A DNA stretch of 24,000 nucleotides from Carnobacterium sp. (lineage in GTDB: Bacteria > Bacillota > Bacilli > Lactobacillales > Carnobacteriaceae). Location of the stretch: positions 1-24,000 of the forward strand of contig JAGQHW010000003.1 in the NCBI GenBank assembly GCA_020431645.1. Reading direction: 5' to 3'. A program made the position numbers and the translations under genes. Within the stretch, counting starts at the first letter, position 1, and every line of letters starts with the position of its first letter. Positions 1-9,202 of the stretch are shown piece after piece. The notes beneath the pieces are model-generated. The model saw only the letters and a program-made list of their open reading frames with translations. It did not search any database and was not told where the DNA came from.

Positions 1-1247
1 AGTTCATAGGCATCTTTTTCTAAAATATAAACAGAATTATCTGGTTGTAAAATCAGTCTTGGCTCTAAATAATTAGAAATTTCATTTAACTCTTCACGAT
101 GTTTAGCTAAATTAATCAAGCCATCTTGAATAATAGGGGTTAAATCATCCATCACAATTAAGACCTCATTGTGATTATCCATACTATTTAGAAAACCTTT
201 AGCACAAGCTAATTGAACATTCGATTTTAATTGACCAACGTTTCCGTAAGTCACACTACCTAATAAAGCTTTTACAACACTCTCATCTACTACAATACGC
301 TTATTGATTCTTTTAGCTTCAATAGATAAAAGTAATTTTACTAATTGGACACGTTCTTTGGCTGGACGATCATTAAATGAAGGAAGTTGAATAGTTATTG
401 GTATGCGGCGGACAAAGGTTTTTAATAACGCAGAGTCAGGGTCTTCTGTCGTGGCACAAATAATACGAACATTGGCTGTTAAACGCTCTTCGGTATCCCC
501 CATTCGTTGGAAGGTTCCGTTGTCCATAAAATAAAAGAGCATTTCTTGACCTTCTGGTGGTAAACGATGAATTTCATCTAAAAACAACATGTTTTTATCT
601 GCTTTAACAAGTAAACCATCTTTATCTTCGGTTGCTCCTGTATATGATCCTTTAGCATGCCCGAATAAATGCGACATCAATAATTGTGGGTTCTGAGAAT
701 AATCAGCACAGTTAAAAATAATCATAGATTTTGTTTGATCAATCACGTCTTTTGATTGAGAATATTCGTACATCGCATTTGCGAAAAAGGTTTTCCCAGA
801 ACCAGTAGGTCCTATTATCAAGCTATTTAGCCCCTTAGGTGGGTAAAATATTGCTGCTTTTGCTTGTTCCATCTGGTTTTTTAAACTACCATTTGACCCA
901 ATCATATAATCAAATAAGTTTTTATCTGAAATAGTGTTTCCTGTTTTTATCGGTTTATCTTTTTCTTCATTAACTAGCGTATGTTCTTTATAAGATTTTA
1001 CTTTTGTAGTTAATGGTTTCCAGACTAAACAAGACTTATCTACATATCTAACAGGTCGACCACTAATTTTTATTATTTTTTCTTCACGAACGAGTTCATT
1101 TAATTCCTTACTAACATTGTTCCGAATAATATCTAACTCTTTTGCAATATCAATAGTTGTTAGGCCATTGCCAAATTCGATTTCTTCTTTAGTTAATTGT
1201 TCTGTATTTTTTTTGACATAGTGATAAATCAAATCTTTGCGCTTCAT
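1..1247 (-). CDS. Sigma-54-dependent transcriptional activator, LevR/ManR type (partial; C-terminus lies beyond the left window edge)
   Basis: Manual minus-strand translation from ATG at 1245-1247, with AGGCGGTGA RBS-like upstream: MKRKDLIYHYVKKN... It has an N-terminal HTH-like region, Walker A GPTGSGKT (789-812), a sigma-54 contact loop variant GSYTGA (633-650) and Walker B LFLDEIHRLP. The frame is open to position 1. It is missing from the ORF track because no stop codon lies in the window. Confidence 0.8.
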   Translation of the reverse strand, partial: MKRKDLIYHYVKKNTEQLTKEEIEFGNGLTTIDIAKELDIIRNNVSKELNELVREEKIIKISGRPVRYVDKSCLVWKPLTTKVKSYKEHTLVNEEKDKPIKTGNTISDKNLFDYMIGSNGSLKNQMEQAKAAIFYPPKGLNSLIIGPTGSGKTFFANAMYEYSQSKDVIDQTKSMIIFNCADYSQNPQLLMSHLFGHAKGSYTGATEDKDGLLVKADKNMLFLDEIHRLPPEGQEMLFYFMDNGTFQRMGDTEERLTANVRIICATTEDPDSALLKTFVRRIPITIQLPSFNDRPAKERVQLVKLLLSIEAKRINKRIVVDESVVKALLGSVTYGNVGQLKSNVQLACAKGFLNSMDNHNEVLIVMDDLTPIIQDGLINLAKHREELNEISNYLEPRLILQPDNSVYILEKDAYE

Positions 1248-1295
1248 CTATTCACCGCCTTTTTCTATTATCCATACGAGTATACCACATTATAA

Positions 1296-1325
1296 ATTCA
1301 TACACTATTTTAATAGTGTATGAAT
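1296..1325. repeat. Perfect 30-bp palindrome (14-bp arms, 2-nt centre): attcatacactatt-tt-aatagtgtatgaat. Possible operator or hairpin upstream of the LevR-like gene.
   Basis: Verified base by base: all 14 arm positions pair. It lies between the left terminator copy and a TATAAT on the minus strand (+ strand attata, 1288-1293). Its function was not established. Confidence 0.6.
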
Positions 1326-1372
1326 AAAAAAACCTTCGTTGTTCGGAATGAGTCCGCCAATAAAGATTTTTT
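1323..1372 (-). terminator. Degenerate copy of the eno terminator element; probable terminator of the two-gene cassette
   Basis: About 47 nt nearly identical to 2846-2894. In minus-strand RNA the stem UCUUUAUUG/CAACGAAGG still pairs (2 G-U wobbles, 1 mismatch) and a U-run follows. It starts 10 nt downstream of the stop at 1383. Confidence 0.45.
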
Positions 1373-1382
1373 AAGTGCGTTC

Positions 1383-2243
1383 TTATCGCTTACTAAACTT
1401 TACTCTTTTATTTAATAATTTAGCTTGTAGTTTAGTAGCATTTACAAAATTACTCAATGCTTTTCTTTGAATCTCATCTAGTAAGTCATAATCAATGGTT
1501 ATGATTTTCCTTGATAAAAAAGCATACTGTTCATTAATATCAGAACTTGCTTCACTAAGTTCATCTCTGAACAGTATTATTTCCGGAGTTACTCGTTTTA
1601 GATTCTTAATTTCTTTAAGTATGTTATCTATCTTTTTTTTTATTTCTATGGTCATTTTTTCATTCTTTTTTTTAGTACCTTTTCCAATCATATACGCCCC
1701 AGCCCCGCCGACAGCCCAACCTATTGGTCCTGTTAGCCCAACAACTAAAGAACCCAATCCTATTCCACCACCGCCAGCTACTAATGCTCCGCCACCTAGC
1801 CAAGCTAAAGCTGCGTTAGTTGCTGCTGCTCCAGATAACGCACTGATAGCTGTTCCTGTAGAAGCAACACCAAAAGTAGTGGCTGAAGCCATTAAAATAT
1901 TGGCTCCTAATACTCCAACAACTGCTCCCGTGCCCGTAACTGCAGCTGCAGATTTGATTGCCTTTTCATCTATTTTCTTTATCTCTTTTTCTAACGTTTG
2001 TAGTTCAAATGTAAAATCTTTTAAACTTGACTCTGTAGATTCAATAGTGATACTAATTTCATCAGGAGTGTTTCTAAATAAATTATAATAGTTAACACAC
2101 CTTAAAATAGTCTGATACAATTTTTGTTTATTCTCATAAATTTCTTGAGCGATTAAATTAACCTCTTCTACTACTATTTCATACTGTTCAACAGTTTTAT
2201 AATGTAATTTCTCATAAATCACTCGCTCTTCTTTTCCTAACAT
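1383..2243 (-). CDS. Hypothetical membrane protein: N-terminal coiled-coil-like region, ~90-aa Gly/Ala-rich glycine-zipper core, C-terminal Lys/Glu-rich coiled-coil-like region
   Basis: 286-aa ORF with ATG at 2243 and a strong RBS (GGGAGGGG about 9 nt upstream). The core AAAVTGTGAVVGVLGANILMASATTFGVASTGTAISALSGAAATNAALAWLGGGALVAGGGGIGLGSLVVGLTGPIGWAVGGAGAYMIGKG (nt 1680-1955) carries repeated small-xxx-small motifs. I recognised no family. Confidence 0.85.
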   Translation of the reverse strand: MLGKEERVIYEKLHYKTVEQYEIVVEEVNLIAQEIYENKQKLYQTILRCVNYYNLFRNTPDEISITIESTESSLKDFTFELQTLEKEIKKIDEKAIKSAAAVTGTGAVVGVLGANILMASATTFGVASTGTAISALSGAAATNAALAWLGGGALVAGGGGIGLGSLVVGLTGPIGWAVGGAGAYMIGKGTKKKNEKMTIEIKKKIDNILKEIKNLKRVTPEIILFRDELSEASSDINEQYAFLSRKIITIDYDLLDEIQRKALSNFVNATKLQAKLLNKRVKFSKR

Positions 2244-2269
2244 GATTAAAAGCCCCTCCCTTTAGTCTA

Positions 2270-2794
2270 TTATGTTCTAAAAAATGAATCACATTCTGCT
2301 ATATCAGTATAATTAAATTCACAATTCTCGATTGAAACAGCTTTTAGTTTAAGGTAATCCGTTAGTCCATCTTCTTTAATATAAGGAGCTTGTATTTTGA
2401 TACCAGTCTTTTGATCATACCACCACTTTGTAAATTCAAAAAAATCAGATAATGTATCTTCTAATTCTAACTTAGTAATCATGTGGTCTTCATGTTTAGC
2501 TTTGTTCCCTTTTCTTCTTAAACGATGCATCGTATCTACGATTGACGAATCTAGCTCCATTCTCTTAGGAATTTCATTGATAGCGCAATACAGTTTATTG
2601 TAATTTTCCTTTTCGAATGCTTCTATCTTAAAAATAAATTGCTTAAGCATTTTTTCTAATAGGCTTATTGCCTCTCTTGTTTGTAAGGAATAGTTATTTG
2701 GGTGTATCTCCATTTCTCTGATACTTTTAAATAAGTCAGGAAATGCCTCTTTTAAAAAGATATAATTTGAATCCACGTTCTCACTACCTTTCAA
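2270..2794 (-). CDS. Standalone DUF4145-like protein (resembles the N-terminal domain of type I restriction HsdR subunits)
   Basis: The track ORF 2270-2827 begins at a TTG placed directly after an in-frame TGA and has no RBS. An internal TTG at 2794 has AGGAG (2800-2804) 5 nt upstream and is the more likely start. Motifs NYIFLKEAFPDL, QTREAISLLEKMLKQFI, MHRLRRKGNKAKHED and LSDFFEFTKWWY follow the pattern NFxFL..WPEL / RRALE..VKW / IR..GN.AVH / LF.F..WL that I recall for DUF4145 and HsdR-N. It sits 26 nt upstream of the next ORF, which is operon-like. Confidence 0.75.
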   Translation of the reverse strand: MKGSENVDSNYIFLKEAFPDLFKSIREMEIHPNNYSLQTREAISLLEKMLKQFIFKIEAFEKENYNKLYCAINEIPKRMELDSSIVDTMHRLRRKGNKAKHEDHMITKLELEDTLSDFFEFTKWWYDQKTGIKIQAPYIKEDGLTDYLKLKAVSIENCEFNYTDIAECDSFFRT

Positions 2795-2845
2795 ATTTAC
2801 TCCTAATAAAGTTAGTATATCATACAATCAGTGGGCTAAATACAT

Positions 2846-2900
2846 AATAAAAAACCTTCGTTGTTCGGAATGGGTCCGACCAACGAAGGTTTTATTTTTT
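2846..2900 (-). terminator. Rho-independent terminator of eno (bidirectional architecture)
   Basis: Stem ccttcgttg(t)tcgga-atggg-tccga(c)caacgaagg at 2855-2889, flanked by an A-run (2849-2854) and a T-run (2890-2900). It lies about 55 nt downstream of the eno stop on the minus strand. Confidence 0.8.
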
Positions 2901-2956
2901 TCTTTTCAGTTTTTAAATAGGAGTTAAATGGGTTAACTTCTATTTACTTGAATCGC

Positions 2957-4252
<1,296 letters not shown>

Positions 4253-4312
4253 TTATATTACTCTCCTTTGAGTTTCAGTATTTTTGGCCTAAGACATCAT
4301 GTCCATGGCTTT

Positions 4313-4341
4313 ATTCTAATTATATCTTAGCTAAGATGCAA
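4313..4341 (-). promoter_or_regulatory. Putative sigma-A promoter for eno: TTGCAT-17-TAGAAT
   Basis: On the minus strand, -35 TTGCAT corresponds to + strand 4336-4341 and -10 TAGAAT to + strand 4313-4318, with an exact 17-nt spacer. The spacer contains the 10-bp palindrome cttagctaag (4326-4335). Confidence 0.35.
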
Positions 4342-4477
4342 TCATTTTAATCGATTTTGCCTATTTATTATTTTTCATAAATTATCTGATTCAATTTCAT
4401 ATTTTATCCTCAACAAGAGCTGCAGACTCTTCGTTAATTTTACTCATATAAAATCTACCGTGAATCATTTTTTTACG

Positions 4478-4495
4478 TTAACTTGCGCAAGTTAA
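4478..4495. repeat. Perfect 18-bp palindrome ttaacttgc/gcaagttaa in the gpmI-eno spacer
   Basis: Checked base by base. No U-tract follows it on either strand, so it is not a canonical terminator. It may be a protein-binding site. Confidence 0.5.
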
Positions 4496-4552
4496 TAGAT
4501 AAAACAATAGAATAGGTTTCATCACTTTCTATTTTACATCAAAACGAACAAA

Positions 4553-6084
4553 TTATGGGTTAATTATTAAACTTTCTCCAGTCATTTCTACTGGTTTTTC
4601 AATATTTAATAAATCTAACATCGTTGGAGCAATATCTGCTAAACGTCCGCCCTCACGTAGTGTTACACCTTTTTTGGTTACAATTACAGGTACAGGTACA
4701 GTTGTATGAGCAGTATGCGGGTTTCCTTCTGGAGTAAGCATTGTATCTGCATTACCATGATCTGCAAAGATAATAGCATAGCCGCCTTTAGCAACAATCG
4801 CATCAACAATCCGTCCTAGGTTTTCATCCACTGCTTCAATTGCTTTAATCGTTGGTTCTAGCATACCTGAGTGACCGACCATATCTGGATTAGCGAAGTT
4901 TAAAATAATCGCATCAGATTGATCTGCTTCTATATCAGCCACTAATGCATCTGTCACTTCGTAAGCGCTCATTTCAGGTTTCAAATCATACGTTTCTACT
5001 TTAGGAGAAGGAATCAAAATACGATTTTCTCCTGGGAATTCTTCATTGCGTCCACCATTCATAAAGAAGGTAACATGTGGATACTTTTCTGTTTCAGCGA
5101 TACGCAATTGCTTCAAACCTTTGTTAGAAAGAACTTCTCCAATGACATTGGTCATTGGAATTGGTGCAAATGCAACTTCAGCTTTAATGCTTGGGTTGTA
5201 TAAAGTCATCGTAACAAATTTGACGTTTTTAGCTCTTACGCCACGATCAAAGTGTTCCCACTCGTCATCGGTGAAAGCATTAGACAATTGAATAGCACGA
5301 TCTGGTCGGAAGTTGAAAAAGATAATAGCATCGTTACTTTTTACAGTTGCGACAGGCTTGCCATCTTTTTCAATAACTGTTGGAAGAACAAATTCATCAA
5401 ATTTTTCTGATGCATAACTTGCTTGAACTGCTTCCATCGCACTGTTTGCTTTAACGCCTTCTCCATGAGCAATAGCATTATAAGCTTTTTCGACACGTTC
5501 CCAACGTTTATCTCTATCCATTGCATAAAAACGTCCAGAAACTGTTGCTATTTCACCTGCACCAATTTCTTGCATGGCTTTTTCTAATTGCTCCACGTAG
5601 CCAATTCCTGAATTAGGCGCTACATCGCGTCCATCAAGAAAAGCGTGAACGTAAATGTTGCGTACACCTTTTTCTTTTGCAGTTTTAATTAAAGAAATTA
5701 AATGATTAATGTGACTATGCACACCACCGTCAGATAATAATCCAAATAAATGTAAATCTGATTGATTTTTAATCGTATGATTCATTGCTCCACTTAAAAC
5801 TGGATTTACTTGGAATTCACCGTCTTCAATCGCTTTATCGATGCGAGTCAAACTTTGATAAACAATGCGTCCAGCACCAATATTGGTATGTCCAACTTCT
5901 GAATTCCCCATTTGGCCTGCTGGAAGACCTACGTCTAGACCAGAAGCTTTTAACTGATTGTGAGGATAAATATCCATGTAGCGATCAAAATTAGGTTTTT
6001 TAGCTTGTGCTACTGCATTACCCATGACTTCGTTACGCCATCCAAGTCCATCAAGAATAATGATGGCTACTGGTGATTTTTTCA

Positions 6085-6085
<1 letters not shown>
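4553..6085 (-). CDS. gpmI: 2,3-bisphosphoglycerate-independent phosphoglycerate mutase
   Basis: 510 aa. The N-terminal block ILDGLGW...[14 protein letters not shown] and the C-terminal ADHGNA metal-binding block are typical of iPGM. Its ATG overlaps the tpiA stop (TAATG). Confidence 0.97.
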
Positions 6086-6864
<779 letters not shown>

Positions 6865-6876
6865 CTAAAAATTATC

Positions 6877-8064
6877 TTATTTATTAGAGATTGATGATAC
6901 TCCTGGTAATTCTTTGCCCTCAAGGTACTCAAGAGAAGCTCCGCCACCAGTAGAAATATGAGTGAATTGATCAGCAAAGCCAAGTTCCATAGCTGCTGCT
7001 GCAGAATCTCCGCCACCAATGATTGTTGTTGCTTCTGTTAAGTTAGCAATAGCTTCACAAACACCAATTGTACCGTTAGCAAAGTTCGTCATTTCAAATA
7101 CGCCCATTGGTCCGTTCCATACAACGGTTTTAGCACCTTGTAATTCTTTAGTGAACAATTCAATTGTTTTTGGTCCGATATCTAATCCCATTTGATCACT
7201 TGGAATAACACCTTCATGTACTTCAATAACACCATCATTACTAAACTCATGAGTTGTCTTTGTATCGATTGGTAGAATTAACTTATCGCCACCTTTTTCA
7301 AGTAAGGTTTTAGCTAATTCAATTTTATCTTCTTCAACTAGAGATGTACCAATTTCGATTCCTTTAGCAGCATAGAATGTATAAGTCATTCCTCCACCGA
7401 TAAGAACTTTATCTGCTTTATCTAATAAGTTTTCGATAACTCCAATTTTATCACTTACTTTTGCGCCACCTAAGATAGCAACAAAAGGACGTTCTGGCTC
7501 ATCAACTGCTCCACCGATAAATTTGATTTCTTTGTCCATCAAGAATCCAGCTGCTGATTCAAGATTAGAAGCAATTCCAACGTTTGAAGCGTGTGCTCTG
7601 TGAGCTGTACCAAATGCGTCGTTAACAAATACATCACCTAAACTAGCCCAATATTTACCAAGTTCAGCATCATTTTTGCTTTCTTTCTTGCCATCGATAT
7701 CTTCAAAGCGAGTGTTTTCAACTAATAAGACTTCGCCATTTTTCAATGAAGCGATAGTGTCTTCTAGTTCTTTGCCACGAGTTTCAGGTACGAATGTTAC
7801 TTCTTTGCCTAATAACTCGCTTAAACGCTCTGCAATCGGACGCAATGTTTTGTCTGCTTTATCTGCTTCTGTTTTCACTTTACCTAGATGAGAGAAAAGA
7901 ATCACTTTTCCACCTTGTTCAATAACGTATTGAATGGTTGGTAAAGCTGCTTGGATACGATTGTCGTTCGTAATTTTGCCATCTTTCATTGGCACGTTAA
8001 AATCAGCACGGACCAACACTTTTTTATCTTTTAAATCTAAATCAGTAACAACTTTTTTTACCAT
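6877..8064 (-). CDS. pgk: Phosphoglycerate kinase
   Basis: 395 aa. Motifs RADFNVP, SHLGKV and the C-terminal STGGGASLE. Confidence 0.97.
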   Translation of the reverse strand: MVKKVVTDLDLKDKKVLVRADFNVPMKDGKITNDNRIQAALPTIQYVIEQGGKVILFSHLGKVKTEADKADKTLRPIAERLSELLGKEVTFVPETRGKELEDTIASLKNGEVLLVENTRFEDIDGKKESKNDAELGKYWASLGDVFVNDAFGTAHRAHASNVGIASNLESAAGFLMDKEIKFIGGAVDEPERPFVAILGGAKVSDKIGVIENLLDKADKVLIGGGMTYTFYAAKGIEIGTSLVEEDKIELAKTLLEKGGDKLILPIDTKTTHEFSNDGVIEVHEGVIPSDQMGLDIGPKTIELFTKELQGAKTVVWNGPMGVFEMTNFANGTIGVCEAIANLTEATTIIGGGDSAAAAMELGFADQFTHISTGGGASLEYLEGKELPGVSSISNK

Positions 8065-8096
8065 TGAGAGATCCTCCTCAATTCAAATTTTTATAA

Positions 8097-8134
8097 TCAA
8101 AAAGAAAAGCAGGGAAGCGCGTAGCTCCCCCGCT
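8097..8134 (-). terminator. Imperfect GC-rich hairpin plus U-tract between gap and pgk (internal attenuator or terminator-like element)
   Basis: The minus-strand RNA agcggggga-gcuacgcgc-uucccugcu is followed by uuuucuuuuug. The stem has bulges. It lies just downstream of the gap stop. Confidence 0.4.
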
Positions 8135-8155
8135 TATCAAAACGTTTTTTACTGA

Positions 8156-9163
8156 TTATTTGCTTAATTTAGCAAAGTACTCTAACGTACGAATTAATTG
8201 TGCAGTGTATGACATTTCGTTGTCATACCAAGAAACAGTTTTAACTAATTGCTTGTCTCCAACTGTCATTACTTTAGTTTGTGTTGCATCATATAATGAA
8301 CCAAATGTCATACCTAAGATATCTGAAGAAACAATTGCATCTTCAGTATAACCGTAAGATTCGTTTGCTGCTGCTTTCATAGCTGCGTCAACTTCTTCAA
8401 CCGTTACAGTCTTATCTAAAACAGTGATTAATTCTGTTAATGAACCAGCTGCTACAGGTACACGTTGTGCTGCGCCGTCTAATTTACCTTTTAGTTCAGG
8501 AATAACTAAACCAATTGCTTTAGCAGCTCCAGTTGTATTAGGAACGATGTTAGCTGCTGCTGCACGAGCACGACGGAAGTCGCCACCTGCATGAGGAGCA
8601 TCTAATGTGTTTTGGTCACCTGTATAAGCGTGAATAGTAGTCATTAAACCTTGAACAATTCCATATTTGTCATTTAGTACTTTAGCCATAGGTGCTAAAC
8701 AGTTAGTTGTACATGAAGCTCCAGAAATAACTGTTTCAGAACCGTCAAGAATTTCGTGGTTTACATTGTAAACGACTGTTTTCATGTCGCCTGATGCAGG
8801 TGCAGAGATTACAACTTTTTTAGCTCCTGCTTTTAAGTGTAATTCAGCTTTTTCTTGAGAATTGAAGAAACCAGTACATTCTAAAACGATTTCTACGCCT
8901 AATTCTCCCCACGGAAGTTCTTCAGGGTTACGGTTGCTTAAAACTTTTACGTCTTTACCGTTAACATTGAATGCGCCATCTTTAACTTCAACTTCACCAT
9001 TGAAACGTCCTTGTGTTGTATCATATTTCAATAAGTGAGCCAACATGTTTGCATCTGTTAAATCGTTGATTGCTACTACTTCCATACCTTCTACTTCTTG
9101 AATGCGACGGAATGCAAGACGACCAATACGTCCAAAACCATTAATACCTACTTTAACTGTCAT
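8156..9163 (-). CDS. gap: Glyceraldehyde-3-phosphate dehydrogenase
   Basis: 335 aa. Motifs [10 protein letters not shown] and the active-site SCTTNCLAP. Confidence 0.97.
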   Translation of the reverse strand: MTVKVGINGFGRIGRLAFRRIQEVEGMEVVAINDLTDANMLAHLLKYDTTQGRFNGEVEVKDGAFNVNGKDVKVLSNRNPEELPWGELGVEIVLECTGFFNSQEKAELHLKAGAKKVVISAPASGDMKTVVYNVNHEILDGSETVISGASCTTNCLAPMAKVLNDKYGIVQGLMTTIHAYTGDQNTLDAPHAGGDFRRARAAAANIVPNTTGAAKAIGLVIPELKGKLDGAAQRVPVAAGSLTELITVLDKTVTVEEVDAAMKAAANESYGYTEDAIVSSDILGMTFGSLYDATQTKVMTVGDKQLVKTVSWYDNEMSYTAQLIRTLEYFAKLSK

Positions 9164-9202
9164 AACTAAATTTCCTCCTTTAGGAATCGTAAAAAATTTA
9201 TT

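Noticed and set aside
1495-2088. 197-aa + strand ORF, Pro/Ala-rich, antisense to the Gly-zipper gene
   Set aside because: It is a shadow ORF. The reverse complement of Gly/Ala codons (GGN/GCN) reads as Pro/Ala-type codons and stays open. It has no RBS, and the minus-strand gene has a strong RBS and coherent architecture.
4368-4411. 10-codon mini-ORF (MKLNQIIYEK*) with a GAGGA RBS in the gpmI-eno spacer, and nearby 14- to 23-codon ORFs
   Set aside because: It is too short to evaluate. There is no conservation evidence, and AT-rich spacers generate such ORFs by chance.
7990-8006. TGGCAC hexamer that looks like a sigma-54 -24 element
   Set aside because: It lies inside the pgk coding sequence on the antisense strand. 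No TTGC follows at the -12 spacing (TGGCAC-gttaa-aatca).
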